Origin: the human T2T-CHM13v2.0 reference genome, Homo sapiens
DNA length: 64,000 nt
Assembly: GCF_009914755.1 (NCBI RefSeq)
Contig: NC_060932.1
Strand: one strand, 5' to 3'
Shown here: positions 29,161 to 45,682 of the stretch, piece after piece
Layout: every line of letters begins with the position of its first letter
How positions within the stretch are numbered: the stretch's first letter is position 1
Translations under genes and position numbers: made by a program
The notes under the pieces: model-generated
The model's database searches: none
Seen by the model: the letters and a program-made list of their open reading frames with translations, nothing else
Told to the model about the DNA's origin: nothing

Positions 29161-29366
29161 CACAAAACATAGTCTTGATTTAGAAATTAGAATGTTCAAT
29201 TCAATATGTTAATTTCCATTTTCATCATCATTTAAAGAGAAAGTCCCTCCAGTATCTTCTGAGATGAGCTGCCCTCTGCTAGAAAAGCAGTGTGGTACTT
29301 GCCCTCCCTTCAGAAGCATCCCTCCTACTCCTTGTTAACAAGTTTCTGACCCAACCAAGATCGAAG

Positions 29367-30163
29367 TCATATGGGAGGAGGGCAAGGAAGTGCTGGGTAG
29401 AGAAGGGCAGGGTCCTGGCGAGAGCTCCACCCTTGGGCCTGTGCCATGGACCTAAGAGAGAACAGGCATTCCTGTTTATGTGCCCAAATGTTGCATTTTC
29501 CAAGACCACTATGGTCTGTTACACCTTCTGTTCTGTGCCCATATAAGCCCAAGACCTTAGTGGGCACAAACACAAGTGGCTAGACATTGAGAGGAGCAGA
29601 GGAACACACCAGCAGACACAAGCTGACTAACAATGGTGGAACAACGTGGATGCCGAGGGGAGTCTGGCAGTGGGGAGTTGGAGGAGAGTCTGGCCATTGG
29701 GCAGCCTGTCTCCTGGGGAAGACCACTTTCTCATTCCATCCCCCTTCTAGCTCCCCATCCATCTCACTGAGAGCCACTTCCACCACTCAATAAAACCTTG
29801 CACTCATCCTCCAAGGCCACATGTGATCTAATTTTTCCGGTACACTGGACAAGAACTCAGGATACAGAAAGTCCTCTGCCCTTGCAATAAGGCAGAGGGT
29901 CTAATTGAGCTATTAACACAAGTTGCCTGTAGATGGCAAAACTGAAAGAGCACACTGTAACACATGCCCATTTGGACTTTGGGAGTCATAAACACTCACC
30001 CTTAGATGCTACCATGGGGTCAGAGCCCAAAAGTGCTCCCCATGACCTCTGCACCTGCTCGTCTACATGCTTCCCCTGGGGATTGAGCAGCTGGGCACCA
30101 AAGAAGTGAGCCACACCCCTACTGCATGCCCAGTGAAGGGGATAATGGAAGTCTCCCATTTCA
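29367..30163 (+). mobile_element. LTR1-family ERV1 solo LTR
   Basis: ggaagtgctgggtagagaagggc, cccaaatgttgcattttccaagacc, cactcaataaaaccttgcactc, ggcagagggtctaattgagc; ends cccatttca. Confidence 0.8.
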
Positions 30164-30689
30164 AAATCAGGAGGGGGAAAGACTGAAAAGGAGCAGAAAA
30201 TCTCTTATTTAAATGCCATCTTTAAAATGTTGACAAGCATACATTGCTAATACAATATTAAGCAGTACTTTCCTGAAGGATATAAGAATCTTAGAATGCT
30301 TTAGCTCTCATTATCCTATCCAATCATACATGTTACTGTTGTTTAGGATTTTCACTCATCCTTAATCTTTTAATCAAATTAGTAGTTGTTATTGTTATCA
30401 TTATCATTTTGTACAGTCAAGGTTTACTGGTTGAGGTTTACTCCTGTTTCCCAATGCTTTCGTTTAGTTTTACCATTTGCATGTTATTGCACTTCAGAGG
30501 TTTTTCTTGTATCCTGTCATTAGCCCTTCCCTCTTTCCTATATATAATTCCTCTCCTATATTCTCATTTGAGAGATTACTTTTGCCTGTTTCTCCCTCCC
30601 TCTTGATGGATACTGTCATTGCCTACAGAATTTTAGATTGTCATTAATTTCTCTCCGTCTGTTGAAGAGATAGTAGGCATTGGGATTTG

Positions 30690-31060
30690 TACCTAATCTA
30701 GTATCCACTTTTGCATTTTCTCTTGCTGAGAGAATCCTAAAGCCAAGAACCTGCTAAATATCTCCATTTTCAGACTTCATTGCTGCTAGGAGTGGAGTGG
30801 TCCTTAATGTAATTCTTGCTGGTAAAATGTCAGTGAAACTCTACTGGTCATTTCTGGGAAATATTTTACTTTCATGACAAAAGACGACACACTGCTGAGA
30901 AACTCCTTCACTAATTCTTTCCACTGCAGAGGTTATGAGACTTCTGTGGCTGCAGCAGTCATCTTGTGACTTTGAAATTACAAGCATGAAGAACCAACAG
31001 AATTTTAGAGATGAAACTCTGACATTGTTGAGCCACTTAATGCCAGAAACCACTCACCTG
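30690..31060 (+). mobile_element. Old MLT1 (J/K-like) LTR fragment
   Basis: ttgctgctagg, gctgcagcagtcatcttgtgac and gacattgttgagccac motifs. Confidence 0.5.
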
Positions 31061-31062
31061 AA

Positions 31063-31358
31063 TTTTTTTTTTTTTTAGACAGAGTCTCCCTCTGTCACCC
31101 AGGCTGGAGCGGTGCAGTGGTGTGATCTCGGCTCACTGCAACTTTTGCCTCCTAGGTTCAAGTGATTCTCTTGCCTCAGCCTCATGAGTAGCTGGGACTA
31201 CAGGTGTGTACCACCACACCCGACTATTTTTGTACTTCTGGTAGAGATGGGGTTTCACCATATTGGTAAGGCTGGTCTTGAACTCCTGACCTCATGTGGT
31301 TGCCCGCCTTGGCCTCCCAAAGTGCTGGAATTACAGGTATGAGCCGCCGCACCCAGCT
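31063..31358 (-). mobile_element. AluS
   Basis: Reverse full-length Alu with poly-T. Confidence 0.92.
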
Positions 31359-33199
31359 GATTTTATATTTACAAATCTTATATTCTGCACAGTGTTATAT
31401 AGGATGCACCATGTACATTTGCGTCTTTGCACCTTTGTGCTGGCTCTTGTCTGCTACTCCTACCTCCCATGCTTCTTGTCTTTTACTCTTTAACTCCCAC
31501 ATCACAATTTACTCCTTTTGTGAATATATCCTTGACTCCCTTAGGCAAAACAATTGACCCTTTCATCTGTGTTCTAGGAACAATTTGTACGTGTTTATAT
31601 TGACATTGACCACATTTTATTGTAATTCATATTATGAGTCTGTCACTCTCACCAGATTGTTCTTCAAAAACAGGTGTCATTCTTTCATAGATTTTATCAC
31701 AAAATTAGGGTTCAGTAAATATTTATTTAATGAATTAATCTATGGCCAATGGTTTGGCTGCCATGTCCAAATACAAAAATTATTAATTTTTTTTTCCTTT
31801 GGCTCTCTTTTTCTGTGGATGTTGTCTTTAGTCACTCTTTCTGACAAACGAATTCAGAGCTCCTTTTGGGTACAAATAATTCCTCCAAAAACCTCCTCAG
31901 AAATCACGTGTGGAGCTGCTTAATATGTTCTTAATGAGCTTTCTGTTTCTAGAATAGTATGTAGAATGTTATTGTTAAGTAACATTTTAGTGTTCTTTCT
32001 TTCCTTTCCCCAAAATGCTATTGTTTCCCTAAAGTGTTGATAGTGGAAATATAAGGTTTGCTTCAAGTGAAGAAATACTATTTTAACATCTGTTAGGCTA
32101 GAAGAATAATTTTCATTATTCATAGGAGACTTAAAGAATAAAAACCAAAATAATGTTAAATAAGATTGTCTAGGAGCAGAGTGATTTTACCATTTCAAAA
32201 TGATCTTACTGTTTTAGTATTGTGGCTAACTAGACTGGAGAATATTTGTCTTTTTTTTTTTATGGATTTCAATAAGTGTTCTGACCAGGATTTACTTCAA
32301 TGTTTGTTGGTTACTTTCTCCTCTGGGACATTGTTTGTGGTTTAAAAAACTCTTTGTATTTATTAACAATTTAACCAGATTCAGATGATCAGAGAACTTA
32401 CCGTGAAGCCAGAGGCATCTTACTATAACAGATTCATAACTGAAGGATGAAGGTAAGATAGATGAAGACACAATTTAATCAAACTAAAATAATTTAAAAC
32501 TTGGCAGAGTAAAACTGTATTTAGAAAATGATACCTTGATACTACTAGACTGGAGTAAATTAAACCTATCATGACTTTAGACTGGACATGGATAAAATAT
32601 TTTAGTCCTTGCAAGAGAAATGTTTGAGAGATTGTTAAATTCTCCTTGAGTTGTCATTCTGACATAGTATATATTCAAACTACAAATCTTCGAACTATGT
32701 TTGGTTTACTAGTTACTCATATTTATTACTTTTTATTTTCTACTACCAAAAGTACTTTCATTCTTCTATATAAATATTGTCCTCAATATTGTATTTCTTT
32801 TTTGCTCTACTCCAATCCTTCTGTTTACTAGCTTTAATTAAAACAAACAAATAAACAAATGAAAAACTTCAATTCTCTATGTTGCTTCCATTTAGGAAGA
32901 AGTTCTGCTCGAGATGGTAAAGCCCTATTGGAGATCAGCAGAAAATATAAATGAAGGCATAGACCAAGTGCAGACGACCGGGGAGTGGGTTTATGGGGAC
33001 TTTTGGGTCCAGAGAACACATATCCTATCTAAAGTGGGTAGCTGCTACTCTTGCTCATTTTTAGTGGATTAATTTTTTTCTAAAAAGGTCATGCATGCAG
33101 ATATTCCTGTTAAATCGTCATCTGAAAAACATGTTGCCGCATCTAGACATTGAGCATCAATGATTAACACAACAAAAAGTGGGATGATGAATGTATCAC

Positions 33200-33460
33200 T
33201 GCCCATAAAGCAGTATTGTAATAAAATTGGAATATGAACACAATGTAACTTCTGGATCCAACTCTCAATTTACAGCAATCCAGAGAACACAGGAAGTCGT
33301 TAAACTACACCACGGGGATGCAATCAGCGCAGACCAGACTGTAGGGGACAACAGGACCAACAACAGCTTCTTCAACATATAATTGAAAGGAAAGAAAAGA
33401 GGTGGAGGGTAAATTTATAGGTCAAAAGAGGTTTAAGAGATACATTAACCAATTACAATT
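33200..33460 (+). mobile_element. L1ME-type 3' UTR fragment
   Basis: ggatccaac..caatttacag, caccacggggatgcaatcagc, ttcttcaaca, aaaagaggtttaagagatac. Confidence 0.6.
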
Positions 33461-33525
33461 GCACAGATTTTCAACTGCACAGCGGTCAAAACCCCAATCC
33501 CCATATTGTTTAATGCTACCCTATA
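33461..33525. mobile_element. Tigger3-like terminal fragment
   Basis: gattttcaactgcacagcggtc...cccc...ttgtttaa resembles the Tigger3 end. Confidence 0.5.
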
Positions 33526-34254
33526 TATGCAACTAATTTTCAATTCTTGCTTCTCATTCTCATAAAAAACTAGAACATGTTAATTATACTTTAGAGAAAT
33601 AAAGATATATAGACTACAATTTTCACTTGGAGAGTAAGAGACATAGAAATCAAACCTTAAAGAACAATGTGATATCACCCTCTTGCTCAGTGTTTCAATA
33701 TTTAAACTGTATACATGTATTTCTCATTGTTAGACTGTTTGAATATTTCCTCAGATTTTCAGTCTTGCAATACAATGCTTCTGAGTAACAACAGATTCAA
33801 ATTAGTAAATGGCAGCTCCAAAGTGTATTTCTGAGGAAATCATCCCCAGGGCCTGCCAATCAAAGACCATGATATATTCAGAGTACTTATTGCTATTATA
33901 CAACACTTTGCAAAAGAAGGCCATTTGGAGACCAATAATACCTTTATCCCGTGTCCCTGGGGACAACTTAGGTCATTCATTGTTAGAATCACTGACTGCT
34001 AATTCCCTAAATCCTACTTGAGGGAATTAAAGATTGCAGAGATGTGATTGCTGGAGACCTTCTTGAGCCCCATTGCATGAAAAGTGGCCAGTACGGCGAC
34101 TACACTTACATAGTGCTTGGTAAAGGCTGACTCCCTTCCCTCCACCCTGTCCATTGCTCAATGAAGCTCGTCTAATGGATAAGCAAAATGATTTAACACA
34201 GTGCCTCCCAGTCTCGTGATGGGGGGTTAAGGATGGAAGTAGAGAACACATATT

Positions 34255-34425
34255 AAGCTTGTCTAGGGAAATTGTTTCAGGGTCTACAACCTTTCCCTGT
34301 AGGTGAATCAGAATTTGAGAACTGAAATCTGAAAACCTCCACAGATGGTTCTAGTGTCATCTCTCCAGAGATACCCATACTCCTGCCCTGCACACCAACA
34401 AAATCCCTGTTTGAAAACCACTGCT
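34255..34425. mobile_element. MER5-type DNA transposon
   Basis: tgaatcagaat, ctccacagatggttct, gtttgaaaaccactgctcta. Confidence 0.5.
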
Positions 34426-36235
34426 CTAACAAAATGAATCTCAGAATCTTAAATGAGAGAACTTGAAATGTTGCTATTCTGTTATAATCCATCATTTACC
34501 TTAGGAGATCTGTCATTCTGTCAATTACTTATGCATATCAAATTTAAAAGTAAATCTTAACATCACTACAATTATATTCGAATGGTCTCTGTTAAACAGG
34601 ACTTCTATTTTATGCCACAAATGTTAGAATTATCTCTACGTTTAACATTGCTATGATTATTAGAAAAATAAAATAAAATACTTGCAGCCAGTTCAAGGAA
34701 TACTTTCCTATGAAACAGCATAGTTACAGTTCAGGTGTAAAATAACTCACACAGAAATACAGGAGAAGGGAAGAAAAGACTGTTTATCCGTTATTAACTA
34801 GGGAATTATTTAAATAAGGAACAAGAAAGCAGAAATTGGTATAAGCAAATAAATAGAGGCTTTATATGCAGATACAATAGTGCTAGTATAGTTTATATAT
34901 GGGAATAGCTTAATAGTGGGGTGGCGTGGAAGTGAATGATCCCTGATGGACAATTAATCAAATCTACCAGAGTTAATTCTGCCTCCTGTTGGATGCTTCC
35001 ATGGTCTGCGGTTAGTGCCTTCCACTTACGGTTCTTCTAACTTTGGTATTTTTCTTTTGAAACATCTTGAGAAGGCTATGTAATCCACTCTGCAGTTTTC
35101 CTATCAGACTGATGATTTGTAAAGCAGAAAACAAATTAACATCGATTTTTTGGCTTTCCCTTTGGAGGCTGATAGTCAAGATAAGAAAGATTTGAATATT
35201 CTCAAAATTCCTGCAAAACCTCTGCTGTTTCTATCTTCTTTTTCTTCATGCTCCTCCCACCTCCTTCTCAACATGCTCTCCTTTCCTTAGTCCAGCAGCT
35301 TGCAAAGCGACAGGCTGACCCGGTTTCATCCCCGCTGTGCAAGAGTGGCAGGAAGTCTTCCAGATTGGCTTGGGGATTCCAAATTTGGCAGCACAAGGTG
35401 CCTGGGCTGTATAATCTTTTTGTGAGAGGTGTATATGTAACTACATTGGGTTCATGATTTCTTATTTCTACCAAAAATAAATTTTAAGGGTCCTAGCACA
35501 GTTTCTTTCTTTCTTTTTTGAATGAGAGTATTAAGGTAAAGAGACTACTTTTAAAACATTGGTGATCTCTGTGGTGTTCCTCTTTAAAAGGAAAAGAGAA
35601 CACCTACAAGCAAAAATTTACTTGATGATCATAGATATACAAAGTACAGATCTCAGTTTAAACCTCAGATGTGAGAAAGCTCCAATTTATTTTTCTATAA
35701 CACATCTCAATAACTAATATGCACCCCGAATGTTGTATGAGGTGGCAATTTGGGGTTCCTACTCCCTTTCTCTACAGTTGTGTCTAAAGTCTGAGACTTT
35801 AGTTGTCCAGGCCTGTGACACCGAGAGAACTTGATCCCAGTTCACTTTTGAACATGTTGACATCACACCTGGATCCCAACTGTCAGCACATACAGGTTGT
35901 GGCTGTGTCATTTCTCATTCCTATCAGAAAAATCCTGTTGTCCTCTTCTCAGCAAGAGATTCATCTACCACTTCTGCACCATGCCGAGTGACATAATTGT
36001 ATGTGCAGTAGTTTTCGAGTGTCTTCTAACCCCTCACCATTCTCAAGGCAGGGGACAATTCTGCTGCTTACAAGCCAAGCCATGCTGGGCATGTCAACTT
36101 CTGTGGCTCTGCCAAGGCCTTCTGACTAGCCTTGGCCTTGGGGATCTTGCCTCTATGGTGCTGTACCAAAGCAAGGCCCAGTATGCCAGAAAAATAGCTT
36201 CCTTCTACTGCAGCACTTGGTCTGGCATGGGCTGA

Positions 36236-36570
<335 letters not shown>

Positions 36571-36579
36571 TTCTTTTCC

Positions 36580-38720
36580 TCCTTTAAATCAACTTTATTG
36601 TGATATAACTTGTGCACAATAAAATGCACTACTGGAAATATTAAATTCAGTAAGTTTTGTCCTATGTTCATACCCACACAGCCTTCATCACAATCAGGAG
36701 GCAATACATTTCCATCACTTTGCCTCATGCCCTTTGCAATCAACATCTCTGATTCCAGAACCAGCCAATCACAGATCTGCTTTTTGTTACTATAGATTAA
36801 TTTAGCCTACCCTAGAATTTTATATAAATGAAATCCTGTGTTACGTACTCTTTCGTTTTTGACTTTCATTCTCATGATTGTGAAATTCCTACATGCTGTT
36901 CGTAGTAGCAGTATTTCATTCCTTGGTATCACTAATAGTATTCTGTTGTATGAATATACTAAAATTTGCTTATCCACTCACCTGATGATGGACATTTGTG
37001 TTGTTTTGTTGAATGATAAGAGCTTGATTAATGTTATAGGGAAATGTCAAATTGTTTTTCAAGGTGGTTGTATCATTTTACATTTCCTTCAGCAATGTAT
37101 TATAAAGCCAGTTCCTCCACATCCTTGCCAGGCTCCTTCATTTTAGCCATTCTAATGGGTCTGTAATGGTTTCTCATTTTAGCATTAATTTGCATTTCCC
37201 TGATAATAAATGATAATAAGCATCTCCCCATATGCTTAGTAGCCATTTGTATATTTTTCTTTGTGAAGTGTCTGTTCAAATATTTTGCCAATTTTATCAA
37301 TGGATTATTGTCTTGTAAAAGTTATCTATGTGTTGTAGATACAAATTCTTTGTCAGATCTATGTATTTTAAACATTTTCTCCCCATCCATAGCTTGCATT
37401 TTCATTTTAATAATAGTATTGTTCAAAGAGAAAAAGGTTTTAATTTTAATGAGGTCAAATTTATTATTTTTTCTTTCATTATTTGTGTCCTAAGAAACGA
37501 TTGCCTACCTCAAAGTTGCAAACATCTTCTGTTTTATTCTAATATTTCTGTAATTTTAATTTTTACAATATATCTTATTTTAAATTAATTTTGGGGTACA
37601 ATGATGTTAATGGCAAGGCTCATTTTTTTTCATATGGATATCTAATTACTTCAGCATCGTTTATTGAAAAGATTATTGTATCCTCACTGAATTATCTTGA
37701 ATCTTTCATTGTTTGGTTTTGAGGCAGGGTCTCACTCTGTCACTGCTCTGGAGTGCGGTGGCAAAATGTTGGCTCACTGCAGCCTCAACTTCCTAGGCTC
37801 AAGCAATCCTCCCACCTAAGCCTCCCAAGTACTAAGACTACAGGTGTTTGCCACCATGCCTGACTCATTTTTATTTTTTGATTTTTCTGTAGAGATGGGT
37901 CTTGCTACGTTGCTCAGGCGTTTTCAAATGCCTGGGCTCAAGCGATCCTCACCCCTTGGCTTCCAAAGCATTGGGATTGCAGGCATGAGCCACCACACCC
38001 AGCCTTGAATCTTTGTTGAAAATCAACTAATATTATATGTGTGGATTATTTCTGGACTCTATTTTGTTGATTTATATTTTATTATGATTCAAATAGCACA
38101 CCCTCTTAATTTTTTACAGATTTATATTAAGCCTTAAAACATTTTTTCTTTTTTCTAAGCATTTGCATTTTCAGGCAAGTTTTAGAATTTGTTTATTAAG
38201 TTCTACATTACTGCTCGCTGGGATTTTAACTGGGATTGCATTGAATCTCCTGATATATTTGTGGAGAACTGAGATCCCAATAAGGTTTAGTCTTCCAGTC
38301 CATGAAATTCCTATCTCTCCATTTATTTATCTTCTTTTATTTCTCTCAGCAATGTTTGACAGTTTTCTGGGTAAGGTCTTGCTCACACCTTGCTAAATTT
38401 ATTTTCGAACATTTCATGCTTTTAGATGTGACTGCAGGTGGTATTATTTTTATTTTAAATTTAATTTTCAATTATTTGTTGCTGGTATATAAAAATATAC
38501 TGAATTATGTATCCTGACTTTTCATCCTGTGAGTTTGCTAAATTCTATTATTTCTAGCAATTTTACTTTTGTAGATTCCTTAGGATTTTCTACACATTCA
38601 TCTTGTCTGTGAATAGATGATAATCTATTTCTACTCTGTATCCCTTTTCTTTTCAATCTGTATGCCTTTTATTTCTCTTTTATGTATCATTGTACTGGCT
38701 AGGACCTCAAATACAAGGAG
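36580..38720 (-). mobile_element. Old L1M (L1MB/L1ME type) 3' part, split by an AluJ
   Basis: caactttattgtgatataac start; ORF2-like peptide LNRHFTKKNIQMATKHM (ORF 37100..37300); collinear minus-strand ORF2 blocks to ~38720. Confidence 0.8.
37707..38004 (-). mobile_element. AluJ
   Basis: gcagcctcaacttcctaggctcaagcaatcctccc; perfect TSD ttgaatcttt. Confidence 0.92.
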
Positions 38721-41124
38721 AATAAGAGTTTTTGTAGCCTTAAAAATAGTTCATGAAATAATTTTTGTTGTTTCGAGGATGAGGGAGAGAGTTGTATATT
38801 ACACGGCTTTTAGATTCTAAAATCAGAAGAGACGTAAATTATTGATTCAAATCCCCTGTTGACGTCTGCTAAATCACCTTTTAAACATAACATTATAAAA
38901 AATATGGTAATGCCTACATTTATACCTTTTTTTTTGTCCAGTGTATGAATGTTTAAAAATATATACCTTACAGACCTTCTTTCATTTAATTCTTGTAATA
39001 GTCCTGGTATTATCTTTAATTAATAAAAGAAGAATCTAAATCTCAAATGTGATATAACTTATACAATATAAAATATTTACTTTTTTTCATTACAAAAAGT
39101 ATTATGAAATACTTAGCATTTGGAGAGGAAAAAAGTATTGGTAAAAAAATGGAAACAACTGATAAAAATCAACTTCATTATAAACTAAAATATCTACAAA
39201 ATCCAGAACAATAACATTTTGGGTTTTTTTTCTAAGAAAACGTAATGTATTGTCATGTCTGAGTTTATCATATTTGGGATTAACTATCCAAATATTTTGA
39301 TTATTATTTGCACAGCTCTCTATAAAATCTTTCATTTAAACATAGTATCTAAAGCTTCAGTTTTAAAAATTTTATAAAATATCGCAACTCAAATAACTTA
39401 TAATAAACATTTTTCTGAGTGAAGATCTTATGCCTCCTACTTGATGTTTATTGAATAATATTTTTTGCATGTTTATGAACATTTTCATAGAGATGGTTCC
39501 TATAGACACGTTAATTCTGCTTTTATGGAGTAATCCTGTGGTTTCCAGTATAACCAGGAGCTGGTTAATAAAATTATTTTATTCTTTGAACAAGTCAATT
39601 GCACTACTTAAATTGTATCAGTAAGGTAGTAATTAGAAATCTGATTTGGAAACTAATTTATCTGAGTTAACTGTTGAACAACAACAATTTAAAAAAAAAC
39701 CATTACATCTTATTCTTCACGAGCTAGCTATACAGTCATTATTTCTTGACTCTAGATCCACGCTAAATGATTATTTTGGCAAAGAGTAAACTGGTACTCA
39801 TTGAACAAATAACGGTGGACTTACTGGTGAAATTATTTTCAGTGCAGATTTTTGTTTGGAAACATTTTAAAACTGATATATTTGTGATATTGATTTAGAT
39901 TTCTTACCAATATACTCTATAGTGTATTCTGTAAAAAACAAAGAGTTCCTTGGAAATATACAAGCTGTTAACTATGTTACTGTATCTTTCTTTGGGAGAG
40001 TCACGTTACACATTTGTGTATTAAAGGCTCTGAGAAGTCTTACAACAAAGACTTTTGTTCAATTTTGTTTACGCTTTTCTCAAAAGAATGTGACTACAGA
40101 AACTTTTTGCTTAATACCTGTTAGCATCTTATTAAATTGAAGTTCTAAGGAACATACTGTTTGGAAGCCAGTGAAATGCCAAGATAATGGTTAGGTCTAC
40201 CCTCGTCTAACTCCTTCAGTGGGTGGAAGGGTGTAATCATATGCAGTGTCTGAGCTTGAGGACACATCAGAACACTGGGTTCTCACAATCAGTAGGGGAC
40301 AATGAAACGCCAGCAGAACTTGTTCTGCTGGGGCTAATTACTGAAAGTTTATTGTTGCTTGGGATCTCATTTTTCTCTTCCACTCACTCCACCCTTGAGA
40401 GCTATGGGTCAATTACCTGTCAGAAAAAAATAAATTCTAATGATGTCCGTAACTGGAACTGTTAATGCCTGATAACACAGAGTTAAGAAGAGTCTCCTAA
40501 GGGCATTAGAAACAACCAAAGTTCTTTTCTCCTGATCTTTTCACGTACACAGGAAATATAGACCGGAAATCTGATTTGAAGCAAAGAAAGAGTAGATAAA
40601 AATGCTTATCTTGTCAAAAGTGAATTCTTAACATTGAGACATGTATTAGATAACATAAATACTGTTTTTAAGGATTTGAAAAATATGCTTCAAGTGTGAA
40701 CATTTAAAAACCAAGGTGACCGTCAAAGATTTGAGTAGAAATCATCGTGACTCCTGTGAATAAGAAGCTTCTCTGTGGTACCACAAGGCTATTTTTGGCA
40801 AAAAATCAAGATAGGGAAATAAATAGGTGAATTAGTTCATAGAAATGCTACATACTATTTTCAATGAGGGTTAACCAAGTCCACTGGAGGAACATCAATA
40901 CCAGTGCAAGGAAGGCACACAGTACAAGGAGATAGCATCAGCAGAGGGGCCTGGGTTCAGAAGAAGGAAGAGGGAAATTGAGGGCATATGAATGGCTAGT
41001 GTCAATACAGTAAAAAACATTGTTATATACATCCACTGTCTTATTTCATACTCCAGATTATTATCACGCATACTTTATATTCAGTTCTTATACAGCCAGT
41101 ATAAGAACTCAACTCAAATAACTT

Positions 41125-42631
<1,507 letters not shown>

Positions 42632-44689
42632 TAATAAACATTTGGTTCCTTGCTCATGTGCTGCAACCTCCCAGGACTATATTCACTGCCTTCTCCACAG
42701 ATGGAAGAATTGGGTTTGAAGAGTAATGCAGGTCCATCTGTTTTTTAGATATCCTGTCATCCTCAAGATATTTCTGTATGGCTTTATCCCTTTGGGAGTC
42801 CCCTTAAAACCATGTACTTAATAGTGTTGGGAGGGACGGTAACTACCTTCAATTATAGATATATTTCCCTCTAGGGAGATCATACATAATTTCATTATTT
42901 CATTCAAACTTCAGATCAACACAGAGAGAGGAGCCTTATAATATCACTTTGGAAGGTTTAGATAAATTATATTTTACCTAACATCATACAGTTTGTTAGT
43001 GGTAGCATTGTTATTTGAATCAACCTCTGACTACAAATCCATGTTCTTTGCATTCTGTTTCCCTATATTAAGATGATCTGTTTTATTTTGTTTGGTTTTT
43101 AGTGGAAGAAAGGAACTCTTACGGAAAATGGAGGCTGGAACACACATATTCCTAATGTCATTTTCTTTCTCTTTCTGAGTTTAGCAACCAAAACAAGCAC
43201 ATTGATGGAGACTTAAAGAACGGTCTGAGACTGTTTCTTCCAAAAAAGAAAAAATGTTAGGGATTCTCTGATGAAAAACAAAGACGAGTAGAGCAGAGCG
43301 AAATGTAGCCTTTCTAAGGTCTTTGGCAAAGACCAGATCTCTAAGGGAATTAGCAGACCTGTTCGTATATATGTAATCTACAATATTTAAAAGAGATTTT
43401 AAGAGTGATTATATCTTTAAAGAAAGTATGACACAATTCACTTGAATTCAAGTTTCTTTGTATATATCTTTGAGGACATATAAATAGAGAAGAAAATATT
43501 TCCAAGTTTTGCTAACATACATATTTTAAAAGGAAATATATCAATCTATCTTTCAGTTTTGGAGAAACTTACTTGGTTCTGCAAGAAACAAATGTAAAAA
43601 GTTTCATATAAAGTGCATAAAGACATCAGCTTGACATGCCTCAAAACTATTCCCACAAAAATTTCCCCATCATTCAGCTTCTGTGCAAAGTGCCTCCTGC
43701 AATTTTCATATTTTGAAAATTTCCTCATATTTCATATATACATTTGCAAACCCCACTCTCAAGGAAACAGTGTTGAAATTTTTCTGAAAATGCTTTCCTA
43801 GGAAGCTTTCAAAGATGAAAACAAAAATGATTGTTTTGATGTTACAGCTGGGAGTCAGCAGTGTATCAATTTATGACTTTAGGTCATTCAAGAGCCCCCT
43901 AAGTAGCATAGAGACAAACTAGTAGACACCATTATGCCCACTGAGAGAGGCTGTGTGGCCTGGGGTAAAACCAGCTCTGGAAACTCTAAGTTATAAGGGA
44001 ACAATGAGCAGGCACATGTATAATGTCAGAAATACAGATGCATAGAAACGTAACGTTAGAAAGGCTCTTCGTCATATTCCGAGTGAAAATCTCTTATATT
44101 TTTAGAAGTGGAAATACAAACTCAGAGATTAAGTTTATTTGCCTTTGAGCCACACAGTTAGTGGTCCCATGTTACTTCACTCCTTTTCTTGGTTTAAGGA
44201 CTATCCAGCAACTTAGAGAATCAAAGAGCAAGGGTAGTTTCCTTTCACTAGTTGAGAAACAGCAACATGTCATCGTAGAAAAACAATTTCTATCATTGAA
44301 TTAAATTATTTTCATGTCCGTATTTAAATTTTCTTTTAGACAAAACTATGAACTAAGAAGGAAAGAAATGACTAATAACGTGTTTCAATGACTAATGCTA
44401 ATATAAAATGAATGAAATTATATAGGAAAGTTTTATACGTGAGCAAAACAAAAGTCATAGTTGTGTTTTGCATCATTGACTTAAATAGGATTTCAGTATT
44501 AGAAACAGAATATCTCAATTCTTCAGAATTTGTCCTATGTTTTCATTTTTACCCATTGTTAAAAATACCCATTTGGAACCCTTCTTTCTTTCTTAAGTGT
44601 AGAGTTTTTATTAGTTTTCTTTTTACTTATTTATTTATGCAATTGGTGTTAATTTGTCAACAGTTTACTTTTTATGTCTTATTTTTTCT

Positions 44690-45682
44690 TCCAAAGTTTA
44701 TTTTAGGTTCAGGGAGTACATGTACAGCGTTAAGTAGGTAATCTTGACTTCACCAGGGTTTGGCGTACAAATTATTTTGTTATCTAGGTAGTGAGTATAG
44801 CACTCAGAGGTAGTTTTTCAATCCTCACCTTCCTCTCACCCTCCACCCTCAAGTAGGTCCTGGTGTCCCTTGTTGTCCTCTTTGTGTCCATGTATATTCA
44901 GTGTTTAGCTCTCACTTATAAGTGAGAACATGTAGTATTTGGTTTTCTTTTCCTGTGTTAATTTGCTTAGGATAATGGCCTCCAGCTACATCCACGTTGC
45001 TGCAAAGGACATGATCTTGTTCCTTTTTACGCTTATGTAGTATTCCATGGTGTATGTGTACCACGTTTTCTTTACCCAGTCCACCGTTGTTCCCGTGTTT
45101 TTGCTATTAATAGTGTTAAAATGAACATACACATACATATGTCTTTATGGTAGGACAATTTATATTCCTCTGGGTACATACCTAGTCATGGGATTGCTGG
45201 TTCAAGCGGTAGCTCTAAGCTTCTTTGAGAAATCTCCAAGCTGCTTTCTACAGTTGGCTGAACTAATTTACAATCCCACCAATAGTGTGGAAGTGTTCTC
45301 TTTTCTCCCCAGACTCAGCCAGCATCTGTTTTTTTTTTTGTTTTGTTTTGATTTTTTTTTTTTTTTTAACTTTTAAATAGCTATTCTGACTGGTGTGAGA
45401 TGGTATCTCATTACGGTTTTGATTTGAATTTCTCTAATGATTAATGACTTTAAACATTTTTTTCATATGCTGTTGGCCATGTGTGTGCCTTCTTTTGAGA
45501 AGTGTCTGCTCACGTCCTTTGCCCATTTTTTTATGAGGTTGTTTCTCGCTGAAGTTGCTTATAGATTTTAGGTATTAGACCTTCGTCAGATGCGTACTTT
45601 GCAAATACTTTCTCCCATTCTGTAGGGTGTCTGTTTATTCTGTGGATAGTTTCTATGGCTGTGTAGATGCTCTTTAGTTTAA
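44690..45682 (-). mobile_element. L1PA15/16-type ORF2 3' end plus 3' UTR
   Basis: tttattttaggttcagggagtacatg, ccaccctcaagtaggtcc, gagatggtatctcatt; ends gctctttagtttaa. Confidence 0.88.

Noticed and set aside
35100-35420. GATA/ETS motif cluster as an enhancer
   Set aside because: Short motifs at chance frequency; no support from sequence alone.
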